DNA from: Eledone cirrhosa
Taxonomy: Eukaryota
Length of the DNA: 64,000 nucleotides
Reading direction: 5' to 3'
Assembly: GCA_964016885.1 (NCBI GenBank)
Contig: OZ024741.1
Span: 328,910,001 to 328,974,000 of the forward strand
The translations under genes and the position numbers were made by a program. Every line of letters begins with the position of its first letter. The first letter of the stretch is position 1. The notes below the pieces were generated by a model. The model worked only from the letters and a program-made list of their open reading frames with translations, had not been told where the DNA came from and ran no database searches. This document shows, one piece after another, positions 38,190-52,685 of this stretch.

Positions 38190-38356
38190 GTTTGCGTGGC
38201 AAGGTTTAATGATTTAGAGCTGGGATCTGAACCAGAGAGAGTGTTACACACACAGACACACAGACACACTCACCCAAACGTACGCACATATATATATGAA
38301 AGAGTGTTAGAGTAAAGAGGAAGAGACATATGGGAAGATATAGAGGTAAGAAGTAA

Positions 38357-38485
38357 TAATTGTTTCCACTTTTTGGCACAAGGCCAGCAATTACCCAGTA
38401 AATTACTGGTACTTTATTTTATCGACCCAGTAAGGATGAAAGGCAAAGTTAACCTCTGTGGGATTTGAACTCAGATCATAAAGGG
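38357..38485 (-). mobile_element. tRNA-derived SINE family S2, 5'-truncated
   Basis: Matches 40871-41000 (GGCACAAGGCC..ATCGACCC..GGATGAAAGGCAAAG..GGATTTGAACTCAG). Confidence 0.75.
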
Positions 38486-38596
38486 GCAATATGTATATAT
38501 ACGTACATACATATATGTCTGTACGTATACATACTTATATTTAAGTAACAGCCGTACTAGGAGTGGGAAATGAAATTTCGTTTCATTTTTTCCGTT

Positions 38597-38639
<43 letters not shown>

Positions 38640-38796
38640 CAGAATCAGCCGTCGAAACCGCTTGATCTCAGCCGTCGGGGTCCTACTCGTCCCTATTACC
38701 CACTTTAATACCCTAAGTATTGCGTACTTTGGTGCGTTATGGTCCATCTGGTTCCTTACCACATTTCCTTCGTCATATATATATATATATATATAG

Positions 38797-39291
<495 letters not shown>

Positions 39292-39500
39292 GCACGCCCA
39301 TATAAAGAGAGATATAGCTCCATACAATGGTGGACTGGCCAGATCATCAGCTTTCCTGATGACTAGTGGACCCCCCCCCGGTGGCCCACGATAGTACTTT
39401 AGGAGCCAATGCAAAAACTTTGCTTACAAAGAAAATATCAGAAGTCCTAAAGAAAGAAAACAATTAAGCACACTAGGGTCGACGTTTACATGAGATTGAG

Positions 39501-39567
<67 letters not shown>

Positions 39568-39603
39568 GTATATATATATGTATATATATATATATATATG
39601 TAC

Positions 39604-39708
<105 letters not shown>

Positions 39709-39744
39709 TATAAGTATTAATAAAATAGATATTCTTTTATTCAA

Positions 39745-39805
39745 TTACATTTTATTATACATATTTCGGATGTACAACAGTACGTCCTCATCAGACAAAA
39801 TATAA
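39745..39805 (-). ncRNA. Type I hammerhead ribozyme fold (family H1)
   Basis: Minus strand: TTATATTTTGT-CTGATGA-GGACGTAC-TGTT-GTACATCC-GAAA-TATGTA-TA^ATAAAATGTAA. 11-bp stem I. Confidence 0.85.
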
Positions 39806-39861
39806 TGATACATGACATACTCTGAGATGTTTTACCGTTGAGTGCTTCCAATCTACTGTAA

Positions 39862-39929
<68 letters not shown>

Positions 39930-39932
<3 letters not shown>

Positions 39933-40645
39933 AGTATGTATGTATGTATACGTACATACATATATGTATACAGACGTACAGTAGTATGTATATATATACA
40001 TACATGCACACATATATATAATAAATGTTCTGTAAACCGATACGTGCATATATATATGTGTGCATGTATGTATATATACACATACTACTGTACGTATGTA
40101 TAGATATATGTATGTACGTATACATACATACATACTTACATTTATGTAAGTGCCGTACTAAGAGTGAGAAATGAAATTTCCTTTCATTCTATTCCATTTA
40201 TCGTTTTCGGTGTGCCCGGCCGACTGAACTCACTCGATATGCAAATTAGGCTGCTCAGCCGTTAATATGCATAAGGAAAGTATATACTTTCAGACGTTCA
40301 ACCATCTGGCAGGAAAGTATACGATGCTGACGATAGCTGATAAGCTTGAAACTACTACATCGTTCCTGTGTCAGTGTTGAACAAAAAGGTGACGCGGTTG
40401 CCTAAACACTGTACAGCGTAACTCGGACTGTTTGTTTGTTTACAAACAAACAAACCGAGAATTAAAATAAATGTTCGGTAAACCGATACGTGCATATATA
40501 TATGTATGCATGTATGTATATATATACATACTACTGTACGTCTGTATACATATATGTATGTACGTATACATACATACATGCTTACATTTAAGTAAGTGCC
40601 GTACTAAGAGTGAGAAATGAAATTTCGTTTCATTCTATTCCTTCC
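39930..40645 (+). repeat. Diverged copy (about 1.3 units plus a short inverted segment) of the 478-bp hammerhead repeat
   Basis: Aligns by eye to 57450-58143. Hammerhead at 40321-40363 (ACGATG-CTGACGA-TAGCT-GATA-AGCTT-GAAA-CTAC-TA-CATCGT). Orientation switch near 40020. Confidence 0.85.
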
Positions 40646-40696
40646 ATATATATATATATATATATATATTGTACGAAGCTAGATTTTCAGCTCTTT

Positions 40697-41067
40697 AAAT
40701 AATTGTTTCTACTTTAGGCACAAGGCCAGCTGGTATTTTATTTTATCGACCCCGTAAGGATGAAAGGCAAAGTCAACCTCGGCGGGATTTGAACTCAGAT
40801 CGTAAAGGGACGTAACTATGCTGGAAAGCATGGCGTCCGATCCTCTACCGATACTGCCAATCCACCCCCTTTAAATAATTGTTTCTACTTTAGGCACAAG
40901 GCCAGCAATTACCCAGTGCATTACTGGTACTTTATTTTATCGACCCCGTAAGGATGAAAGGCAAAGTCAACCCCGGCGGGATTTGAACTCAGATCGTAAA
41001 GGGACGTAACTATGCTGGAAAGCATGGCGTCCGACCCTCTACCGATACTGCCAATCCACCGCCCTTT
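40697..41067 (-). mobile_element. Tandem dimer of tRNA-derived SINE family S2
   Basis: Minus strand A box TGGCAGTATCGG and B box GAGTTCAAATC in each unit. CTTTAAATAAT at all three junctions. Confidence 0.8.
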
Positions 41068-41434
41068 AAATAATGATATAAAGAAAGAGCTAAAGAACAG
41101 AGAGGTTATAAAGATAGCCTATAGAATAGGGTAAAAACCGTTAAAAGGCAGGAAAAGAATTTGCCAACGACCGCTTTGCGAAATTGAACTCCATATTTTC
41201 CAGAAAATCTGGAAGGATATTATGTAAATATGTGGTATAGATATATATATATATATATATATATATTGGTTTTCTTCTAGTTAATAAAAGTAATATTGTC
41301 AGATTTCGAGACGTTTTCAAGGAAACTGGCTTCCAGTTGCAAAGTAAGGAGATCATGTATTCCGCTATATTTGTGTATCTATGAATATCTTTGTAGGCAT
41401 GTCAGTCCATCTTTCTCTCATCTTAGCACCAGTG

Positions 41435-41586
41435 ACCTCGCAACTCATTTCTGTAGCTGAGTGAGTTAAAGCTATGTGTGTTAGAGTGTCTTGCTGAAGG
41501 ACACAACACATAGCCTCGTCCGGGAATCGAACTCACAACCTCACGATTGCCGCCCAATGCTCTAACCACTAAGCTATGCGCCTTCA
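41435..41586 (-). mobile_element. tRNA-derived SINE family S1
   Basis: Reverse complement begins GAAGGCGCATAGCTTAGTGGTTAGAGCATTGGGC, as at 36762. Confidence 0.75.
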
Positions 41587-41632
41587 TAGAGGTATATTTG
41601 AGTGCAGGTGTTTATTATTGTTCCGTACCAAT

Positions 41633-41802
41633 CAGCATAGAGTTACGGCTCTTTATGATATGAATTCAAATCCCGCCGAGGTTAATTTGCTTTTCATCCT
41701 TATGGGGTCGATAAATAAAGTACCAGTCACGCACTGAGGTCGATTTAATCGACTTTCCCCTTCCCCAAAATTGATGGTCTTGTGCCTATATAAGAAACAA
41801 TC
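41633..41802 (+). mobile_element. SINE family S2, 5'-truncated, with 16-bp target-site duplication
   Basis: B box-like GAATTCAAATCCCG. TSD ATTGTTCCGTACCAAT at 41617-41632 and 41803-41818. Confidence 0.8.
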
Positions 41803-43857
41803 ATTGTTCCGTACCAATGTTGTTTTAATCTAGATATTAGCTTTACATAATGATATAACTTGATTCTCGGTATCGCAGTATGTCCTTAAGTAAGACACTT
41901 GATTTCAAGTTGCTCCAGTCCACTCCGCAAGGAAAAATGAGTTAATTTCATGAGCTGTCAGTTTTGTTGATGAAACGACTGCCACCCTAATCTCGTGAAC
42001 CGACGGAGATCCTACACTCCACCCCCAATACACGCACATTTATAACAGTAACATTAGATTATTTCAAATTGTTATTATTCCTAGCTAACAATATTGTTTT
42101 CTATCCATTATCTTTATGTCACACCACAGTCGATGAAATATGCACGGAGTGCGTGTTGGAATCATCTCAATTGACCGAATTTAAACCCAGAAATCTCTAG
42201 ACTTATGCCAATGCTAACATGAAAGAAAACGATAATAACAAAATTCCAATGTTTGGTATTAATGTCACAACATTGTCATTCTCCTTGATAGGTATATAAC
42301 ACGGTGAATGAGTGTGGCTTAATGGTTTGGCTGTTCGGCTTACAAACGTAAGGTGAAATGTTCGGTTCACCGCAGATTAAATATTTGGTCGGCTGTACAT
42401 TTTTCCTGGGGAAAATACCACACGTATCGGGTCCAGCCAAATTGGATCCGACAATAACCCTATATCTTTTTGCCAAGCACTTAGGATAGAATTTACCGGG
42501 ATTGTTAAAACATGAGATCCCTCTACAATTAGAACAATCTCTCGCGTCTCTCTTTTCATTGTTTTGGTGACCTTCCAGGGATCCAGGCCGTTTTCACATG
42601 TGATAGAAGGTAGGAGGCGTAATTAAATCCAAGGAGAATGGATCTGGTGCAATAATGTGCCAGCTTTAGCAATCGGTCCTCAAAAGAGGGGTGTTAAGTG
42701 TAAGAGCCAAACTCGCTATCTTCAATTCGCTGTTCGTGTCAATTCTAACCTATTGGCATGAATCTTGGGTAATGACCGAAAGAATCTGATTGCGAGTACA
42801 GGCCGCCGAAATAGGGTCACTATAAAGGATCTTTCACGTAACGGTATTCGATATTGTGTGTAGCTCGGAAATCACATAGTCACTCCAAGTAGAGCCACTA
42901 CTTCTCCGAATTAAAATATTACAGCTCGGGTACGACGGACTTTTGGATGAAATGTCTAAGGAAAAAATGCTGTACGGATTTTTACGGGCAAACCCAGACG
43001 ACAGGGGACCCAGGGTTAGACCCCGAGTAAGATGATTGGATAACATTCATGAGGTAGTCTTGCTTAGGAATCCAGTCGGATCAATAGGAGTCACTTGCTT
43101 TTGACAGGACCCGCTAGCCAACTGACAGTTATTCTCATTGAGAATGATATTCAAGTATCTCAACACCATACGTATTGCAACTGAACGCTTCTGCTAAATT
43201 TGCATTAATGTGCAAGCACTAACATTGTGAATTATTTAAATCATCAAGAGAGCATTACATCCCGATCGTTGTTAATTTGATATATAATCTATACATTTTT
43301 TAAAATAAACATATCATTTTAATTATAAAGGGGGAACAAGGATTACAATATAGCTTTTATCACTACGCGGACAGAGGCTACAATATCTTAATGTGTCCTA
43401 AGACAGAAGAGGAAGAAGTAAGATGAGTAGAATCTAGTTAAATGGATCCCATTTTTCCAGTTGGCAGAGATATAAAACCCTTAGTGTAATAATTTTGTTC
43501 ACTTTTACTGTGAGGTTTAAATTATGTACATTGCAAAACGTGTATCTTACATAACATAATATTTATATTATATACACCCACATGTAAACACAGTCACGTA
43601 CACATTAACACCCGCCGATATATACATGTGTATATATATATATTCATAAATTAATTTATTTACATAGATGTACATACATACATATATCATTTTCGACTAA
43701 CATATATACATATATACGTACGTACATATTTGTATATGCGGGTTTTTGTGCATCTCTTCCTGCACATACGCACGAATGTCTATGTCTATGTATATATGTA
43801 TGCATGTATGTATGTACGTATGAACGCACTTATATATGTGTGTATAATGTATATATA

Positions 43858-43953
<96 letters not shown>

Positions 43954-43971
43954 TATATATACACACACACG

Positions 43972-44103
<132 letters not shown>

Positions 44104-44820
44104 GTATGTATGTATGTTAGTCGAAAATTAATAGCCGGTTGGATAACTGTATAAATTAACCATTTATCTTTGATCCAGGTACCTCTTTATAGCACAGAAT
44201 TGAATTGAATTTCTCTGGTTGTCATCTAATTTTAGGACATTAAACGTTGTTTCACAGATGGTGGTTCATCAGAAAGATATATTGATGTCGATATAAAAGG
44301 CTCGACTGTTTGTATAGAAGGAGCAGCCACTTCAAAGATTATTATTCAGTGGCTTTCAATTGGATGGTTGTTTATAAATTCACGTTTGATCAATAGTAAA
44401 TCTATGTGCTGTGCACAGAAGCATCGAATTTATGGATATCGTTTACAATATTACTCCTAAATGAATAATCCAAACATTAATATACATCAGCATAAAGCGA
44501 GGTAAGGGAGGTAAATATGTAAACACATAGCCTTCTTTCTCTTTCTGATTTTATACCCTCTTTTTAACGTATATCAATATTTCCCTTATGAAAATTTATG
44601 AACGTCAAATATGCACCTTCTAATTGGGTATAGAATAACACGCTAACACGATAATTCTAAACTTTCTGCTCACAGATCTTCTGTATCATCCCTCTCTCCA
44701 CCTTTGAAACCTCAACTACAGTGAACTCTACTCCTCAGATATGACTGACATGTTTTCTGAAACACGCATATTTTTCCATGTGGATTCGATAATTCTTATA
44801 GACATATAAATGAATATGTA

Positions 44821-44854
<34 letters not shown>

Positions 44855-44857
<3 letters not shown>

Positions 44858-47800
44858 ATAATAATAAATTTGAAGACTAAAATCCAAAGAGGGCTCGATA
44901 AAGATAAATATATATCAAATATATAAGAACCGTAGAGCAAATATTTATTAAAATAACAGATTAAAGTTTAAGCAAAGAATCGCTGCTTTCACCCTTAACG
45001 GGATCTTCTGAAACTAACAAAGTCAATCTGTAAACGCAGAAGTGGATATTTCAAAAAACGTTGCAACCGGAGGAAGACAGGAAGAAGATACTTTAGTTCG
45101 TGGAAACGTTCGCTGGCAAAGAACGGGAAAAAGCGAATATAATACGTCATTAATAGGAGCGGTGAAAAACAATTACACGCAAAGACAGAACCACGTTTAT
45201 GGTATAAAAGAGGTCGTAGACTAATGTTCTCTTAGGTAGTTCATAGAGACGTTCTCTGGCAATGAACGAAAAAAACGAAGATAATACGTCATATGTGGAG
45301 CGTATAGAACAATAGCACGCAAAGACAAAACCACGTAAATGGTATGGCAGAAGTCGTAGACTAAAATTCTGAAAAGGAGACCGAATGAATCTCCGCTACA
45401 GAGATAAGAACAAAGTAAATAAATACAATACAGAAGTAATAGAAATAAATAAATACATACACGCAAACAAGTACGTACATACACAAGCATACGCAAAACA
45501 CTTACCATAGGTATACAAAACCACGCGAATATAAATATGTGTGTGTGTGTATGCGTGTATACAAATAAATAAATAATTATATAAACGTATATAAATAAAT
45601 AAATACGTATATAACAAGCGCACACACATACCTACATGTAAATACACGAATGTTCGGAGACGTAAGTCAACCAAAACATGAAGTACACATATACACACAC
45701 CCTACATACGTACGAACAAGCATACTCACACAGACGCAAAACTCCCGTATACACATAGCCAAACCATATGTACCAGAATATATAAAATTATACGCCATAA
45801 CATAAACAATCAAATATACGTACGAGAAGGTATACGTACCTTCACAAAACATACGGGTAATATATACTTACCTATGCAAATAAGTAATGGTATAAACAAA
45901 ACATATACTTAGCTCCCACATCAAGACGTAAAATATCCACGTATAGATCGTACTATCCGTTAGGGTATAACGTGGGGCTGTAATACAGGAAAGTTTTGTA
46001 CAATTTATGTTTACAAGCCGAAATTGCCTCAGATTTTTTGTTTAAGATGTGGTCTGTGGCGTAGAGTATTTCCAGGGCCTCAGCGGCGCAGAGGTCACAT
46101 GGTCTTTTATTTCCGTTATACGATCTAGCCCCAGCTAGGATCTCCCAGTATAACTTATATTGGGTGTGGTTGTCTTTTAGACTCCAGATATAAGCTGAAA
46201 GTGACATCATATTCCTTCTAAGAGGGTAACGAAAAGAATGGGTATGCATGTAAAGACGTTGCTTGAATCTATTGGCGGTTAACCCTATGTAGGCCCTACA
46301 GGACGTCGGTGTTACAACCTTACATTTGTAGACAATGTTACTAGAGAGGCATTTCCCGGATAGGGGGCAATCAACCCGATTCCTACAATTACAGTTAGTA
46401 CTAACTACAGGGTTGCACGTGTTCCTACGGCTAGGTAGTTTAGCTAAATTTGAAGCTGTGATGTTATGTGCAAGGTTAGGAGTCGTAGAGTAAGAAATTT
46501 TAATAGTATTTCTATTAAAAATTTTACTATATTTATATGTAGGGGGAAAATGCTTCGTAATAAGGGAAAGAAAGATCTTAGCTAATGGTGTGGCCACCTC
46601 CATATTATATGGTGGGTTATACCAACAAATGCGACGGGATCTATTTCTTCTAGGTCTATTTTCGTACTCTGTATATGCTACCTTATCGACAAATCCACTT
46701 CGAGCAAGAGCTTCATTGTACTAAGTGGAATGGTCGTTGAAAATACGCTCGTTGGTGGAAAGACGGGAAAGCCTCAACGAAACGTTTCTTACCAGGTTCT
46801 TGGTTATGCTGGCAGGATGGTTGGAATGCTTACTTATGTAATTAAGCGTATCATTCGGCTTTCTATACGGGTAATACAATCCATTCAATAAATTGAGGGT
46901 AACATCGAGGTAATTAACGACCGAGAGATTGATCTCAACCTGTATAGAGAGGTTGAAGCCTTTAAAGAAGGCTGTGAGTTCTTTTCTGAACCTGTCGCAA
47001 GCACGAGGTCCGCGCGAGGTACCATCGTCACGGTACAAACCACCGCCCGCGTTGGGGAATTCATCCTTGATAGAGAAAAGAAGGAAAAGGCCGATAAGAT
47101 CAGTAACCTCCGCAGAATCACTGGCGCCCATACTCACGTCGAATGGGGTACTATTGGATTTTTTAATCCAAATAGAGTCGTCGAAATTAATCACCGACTT
47201 TCGGGCATTGAGGATAACATCAACTTCGAAATCCTTAACCACTGTGAGTGTTTTAGCGAAATTGATAGCGCTAAGGAGAAGTGGTAAAGTGATGGAGGGG
47301 TAGTAATTGTTGATGTCGAATTGGATAAAACGGCAATGTTCCTTGTTACATATGCTGTTGAACCAATCAATCACCGCGAAAGAATTGTTCCACAGTGCAA
47401 GAGGGGTCAAACTTCTAATTTCAGGTATAATTCTATCAAGAATCGTTTTACTAAGTCTGCCTAAATCGGATTTCGTATGGTTAATAAGCCGAATAGAGGG
47501 GTTGTTCGGGAAATTGGATTTGTGATCCTTCAGGGTAAAGTGGGGAGAAATAGGGTCCAGAGGTTCGGTCCGATCCAGGATGTTGAGATCAGATGTGATT
47601 TTAAACCCAGCATCGTTGATTTCATTGATGACGCACGGATTAGTTTTACGGTAATCCTTAGTTACAGCATTATGTAGTAGTTGATGGTAAGTACTGCGCT
47701 CCATTTGATATAGGTTGCCAGTTTTGTCGGAATGGACGTGCACAGCATTAGAATCCTTAATAGAACGAATTCTATTCTTCAGGTCTTGCTGGAAGGAATT

Positions 47801-48655
47801 GCTCCTATTCCGAAATTTGATACTCCGAATGAGTTCCAAGACATCATTTTCGAAGGGTAGCAATGCTGGGTTACACGGGGGGTTATTATAGGTTTTAAAT
47901 CCAAATGTACCCTGTTTGTTGTCTGCTTTGTGTATACAGGAGTTTGCGTCTGTGTGAGTATGCTGGTTCGTACGTATGTAGGGTGTGTGTATATGTGTAC
48001 TTCATGTTTTGGTTGACTTACGTCTCCAACATTCGTGTATTTACATGTAGGTATGTGTATGCGCTTGTTATATACGTATTTATTGAATTATATACGTTTA
48101 TATAATTATTTATTTATTTGATACACGCATACACATACACACATATTTATATGTGCGTGGTTTTGTATACCTATGGTAAGTGTTTTGCGTATGCTTGTGT
48201 ATGTACGTATTTGTTTGCGTGTATGTATTTATTTATTTCTATTACTTCTGTATTGTATTTATTTACTTTGTTCTTAAGTCTGTAGCGGAGATTCATTCGG
48301 TCTCCTAGTTAGAATTTTAGTCTACGACTTCTGCCATATCATTTACGTGGTTTTGTCTTTGCGTGCTATTGTTCTCCATGCTCCACATATGACGTATTAT
48401 CTTCGTTTTTTTCGTTCATTGCCAGAGAACGTCTCTATGAACCACCTAAGAGAACATTAGTCTACGACCTCTTTTACACCATAAACGTGGTTCTGTCTTT
48501 GCCCGTAATTGTTTTTCACCGCTCCTATTAATGACGTATTATATTCGTTTTTCCCCGTTCTTTGGCAGCGAACGTTTCCACAAACCAAAGTATCGTCTCC
48601 CTGTCTTCCTCCGGTTGCAACGTTTTTTTAAATATCCACTTCTGCGTTTACAGAC
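44855..48655 (-). mobile_element. Penelope-like element (Naiad-type) with inverted terminal repeat at its truncated 5' end
   Basis: RT + GIY-YIG frame at 45953-47905. About 45028-45755 is repeated inverted at about 47928-48655. Confidence 0.9.
45953..47905 (-). pseudogene. PLE reverse transcriptase + GIY-YIG endonuclease, one frame with a single TAG
   Basis: FGFKT..PP..LLPFENDV, SDKTGNLY, TLKDHK, FIQFDI..YYPSI, MGASDSAE, GLYRDDG, YLDV, SNHP. TAG at 46721-46723, then ICWYNPPY, CNCRNRVDCPLSGKCL, IVY..YIG, CDLC..E, LNKKSE..CKH. Confidence 0.9.
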
Positions 48656-48833
48656 TTAAGGTAGTAGAGTGGGAAATAGGAAAATGTATGACCCCGACGC
48701 CAGAGCTCAAGCCGTTTCGACGGCTATCTCAGGACTAAATTAGAATTTTTATATTCACCAGACTAAAAATTCTAATTTAGTCATGAAATAGCCATCGAAA
48801 CGCTTGAGCTCTGCTGTCGGGGTCATATGTTTT

Positions 48834-48837
<4 letters not shown>
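48655..48837. repeat. Fold-back copy of unclassified repeat family U1
   Basis: Arms about 48680-48753 and 48766-48837. Shares GACCCCGACG..GAGCTCAAGCCGTTTCGACG with 61860-62347. Confidence 0.75.
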
Positions 48838-48879
<42 letters not shown>

Positions 48880-49014
48880 TATATAGGGAGTGTAACTCTA
48901 AGGCGAGCACTGGATGTTTAGGTTCACGTCAGTATCTAGGAGTGGAGCTATACAGAGTGTAATATAATAATACAAGGACGAATTGTTAAGCCTTCATTAT
49001 GTTTATTGGTTTGT

Positions 49015-49155
49015 ACAATACTGGTACTTTATTTTATCGACCCCGTAAGGATGAAAGGCTAGGTTAACTTTGCCTTTCATCCTTACGGGGGTCGATAAAA
49101 TAAAGTACCAGTAATGTACTGGTTAATTGCTGGCCTTGTGCCTAAAGTAGAAACA
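49015..49155. mobile_element. SINE S2 insertion with inverted 5' segment and 19-bp TSD
   Basis: Palindrome 49021-49111 centred on GTTAAC. ATTATGTTTATTGGTTTGT at 48996-49014 and 49156-49174. Confidence 0.82.
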
Positions 49156-49342
49156 ATTATGTTTATTGGTTTGTGACGGGCGTTGGATCTGTATCGATCT
49201 GGCCCGACTCTAGAATCAAAAGCTCGTCGTACCTATGTTGCAGTAATGACAGAAACGTATTGAAGACTTAAACATTCGTCCTTGTATTATGTATATACAT
49301 ATATATATAAATATATATAATTATATATATGTTATATATATG

Positions 49343-49486
<144 letters not shown>

Positions 49487-49913
49487 GAATATGTCATTTA
49501 TTTTGTTTGACCTGTTTAGCTAAACGTGTTTTTTGGCTTAGGTGGTTAATGGCTTCTTGACTGCCTTCTCAGTTTGTATGGCTTTTATAACCTATGTTTA
49601 TTGCTCTTGTCTTTTTTAGCCCATGGAGCGCTTGCCAGCATGACTCGGAATTTGCGTTACGTTTCGCTTTTTCTACTCGCCTAATTTATATTTATATATA
49701 TATAAACACTAACTTATCGATGCATATTAAATGTATAATGATCATATTTCCCAAAAAGGAAGCTCAATGGACCTTAGATCAGAGCTCTAGTTATATAAAT
49801 TTAAAATAATATGGAGAGGCAAAAAACATATATCGGTTGAGAATCATAGCAGATGTGTACACATACATGTAGGAAAGTTACATAATTTAAGATGCTAAAA
49901 AGTTTATATATAT

Positions 49914-50129
49914 ATATTTATTAAAATAACAGATTAAAGTTTAAGCAAAGAATCGCTGCTTTCACACTTAACGGGATCTTCAGAAGATCCCGTTAGGGGT
50001 GAAAGCAGCGATTCTTTGCTTAAACTTTAATCTGTTATTTTAATAAATATTTGCTCTACGGTTCTTATATATTTGATATATATTTATCCTTATCGAGCCC
50101 TCTTTGGACTTTAGTCTTCAAATTTATTA

Positions 50130-50133
<4 letters not shown>
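49914..50133. mobile_element. Second solo fold-back of the Naiad 3' terminal repeat
   Basis: Palindrome centred at about 49981 (GGGATCTT-CAG-AAGATCCC). Matches 44855-45010. Confidence 0.85.
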
Positions 50134-50174
<41 letters not shown>

Positions 50175-50512
50175 GTAGTGGAAATATTTATTCTAAGAAC
50201 AGATTGTAATTTTAAGCACAGGACTCTCTGCTTTTACTCTTTATATGAATTCTCGGCAGTGTTTCCTGATGATTATAAGCTCTTTCTTAATAGTCGACCA
50301 TGAAGCCTAACCACCATATTATTTGTGAAGAAAGAATCAGATTTTAGGATGAGAATTTTCGATAGCGATGCTTTTAGTAGAAATATATAGGTGTTGTTTT
50401 TGCATGGTAATTCTATGTCAAAGCGTGCAAGCGTACTCTAATAAAGGTACAGAATAATTAGAGAAGAGCTCGAAATACCCAAGTCCAGAGAGTTATGTAT
50501 ATATATATGTGT

Positions 50513-50608
<96 letters not shown>

Positions 50609-50674
50609 CTATGTATGTATCCGAAGAAGCCTCGATAAGGATTGTATATATATATATATATATATATATAAAAG

Positions 50675-50980
50675 CCTGTAGAGCATCACACGTAGCGAAA
50701 TTACCTAGCCGTAGTAATATATACAACCCAGGAGTTAGTTCTAGCTGCAACTGTAAGGATAGGGACAAATGCCCACTAGCCGGGAAATGCCTATGAAGCA
50801 ATATAGTTTACAAATCTAACGTTGTACATGCACTCTCATTCAATTCGTAACCCTTTAAGAAGGAATAAGAATTGACTTTCAGCCTATATCTGGACTTTAA
50901 AAGATAATCACCTCCCATGTAGGTTACACGGGGAGATCTTAACTAAAGCTAGCTCCTATAACGGACATAAAAGACCGTGT
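50675..50980 (+). pseudogene. Naiad-type GIY-YIG fragment
   Basis: AKLPSR..CNCKDRDKCPLAGKCL*SNIVYK..SAYIWTLKDNH..SYNGHKRPC, homologous to 46100-46460. Confidence 0.75.
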
Positions 50981-51581
50981 TTTAATCACACCGCCCAGTG
51001 TAACCTATATCGTATTTGATTATCTTTTTATAACTTTCAGTATCGATAGAATAATATACTATTCGAAGGCGATGTAATGGCGGACGTTGTGGAGATTCTG
51101 ACAGAAAAACTTGTGCTATTTCTTGTATTCATGGCATGTGTTCTTTTGTTGGTATATTTAGTCGGTCATCTGGGTTAACATGTCACACCAGGACTTGAGC
51201 CACATCTTCATATATACGATGCCATATTTCCTTCCTGCCACGAGATCATATAAATACGCTTTTTAGAAAATAACAGAAGGAGGCTATCATATTTTCCCTG
51301 ACTAAGTGTTAATAAAAACAATATAACGCTGCAAGATATTCTGGAAAATGATTAATGGATGTTGCACATAATTATAAATACAAATCGTGTAATGTTCTTT
51401 TTTAGCTATTCTTAGTAACATTTTAAGCGAACTTGCACGCAATTGTGTAACAAAAGCTACATGGCAGGGACGAATAAGATATTAACTAACAAGTTTGTGA
51501 ATCGGAAGTAAAGAAACGATATATGTGCATATGGCTGTATGTGAGTGTGTGTGTGCATGTGTGTGTCTCTCTAACTCTGTG

Positions 51582-51646
<65 letters not shown>

Positions 51647-51683
51647 GTATTGTATAAAGGTATGCTTGAAGCGAAATCCTATT

Positions 51684-51721
<38 letters not shown>

Positions 51722-51836
51722 CGAAGGAAGTGTGATAAAGAACCAGATGGACCATAATGCACCAGAGTACTCAATACTTAGGGTAATATGTGGGTAATAG
51801 GAACATGTTTAACATTTTCCTATATATATATATATA

Positions 51837-52395
51837 CAGGAGTTGGACAAAATAATAGAAACACCTAGCATCATAGCATCATAATTTTGAAGTATCTATA
51901 AAACCATGAAAAGCTTGTTTATTTTTAGGTTTTTTTATTTATTATTAGTGTTGCTTAATTTGTTTTGTTAAAATTGCTGTTTTTTTTCAAATATCATCAG
52001 AAAAAGGTAATTAAAATTCATTAAAATGACAGATCTATCGGACTTTCAAAGAGGTCAAATTGTTGGTGCTCGTATGGCAGGCGCTATAGTAACGAAAACA
52101 GCCGAAATGTTTGGTGTATCAAGAAGTACTGTCTCGAAAGTAATGACAGCCTTTGAGAAAGAGGGAAAAACCTCCTCGTTGAAACATAACTCCGGAAGAA
52201 AACCAAAACTTGCAGATAGGGACCGTCGGACTCTTAGGCGAATTGTTAGAAAGGATCACAAAAGTACAGCTCCCAAAATTACTGCATAGCTTAATGACCA
52301 CATCGAGAACAATAAAAATAAACAAGCTTTTGACGGTTTTATAGATATTTCAAAATTATGATGCTAGGTGTTTCCATTATTTTGTCCAACCTCTG
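51837..52395 (+). mobile_element. Internally deleted Tc1/mariner transposon
   Basis: TIRs of about 90 bp (CAGGAGTTGGACAAAATAAT.. / ..ATTATTTTGTCCAACCTCTG) flanked by TA. ORF 52026-52289 is the Tc1 N-terminal HTH region (DLSDFQRGQIVGAR..GVSRSTVSKV..SGRKPKL). No DDE domain. Confidence 0.92.
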
Positions 52396-52685
52396 TATAT
52401 ATATATATATATAAATATATATTAAAATAACAGATTAAAGTTTATTATAACGATATATATATATATATATATTTCATTGTAATGTATTGTTGACTTTGCT
52501 GTTTCCGTATACATTTTTCATTCATATATGTATATATGTATTTGTATATATAAATGTAAGTATGCTAGGCCGAGACATAAAATTCTAATTTTATTATATA
52601 TATATATGTGTGTATTCTTACATAAATGGATACATACATACATTTACACTTACATATATACATTTATACATACATACATACATAC

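Noticed and set aside
50794-50796. TGA after GKCL in a Naiad fragment as selenocysteine
   Set aside because: Aligns to Ser in the related copy (GKCLSSNIVY), and the fragment is otherwise degraded.
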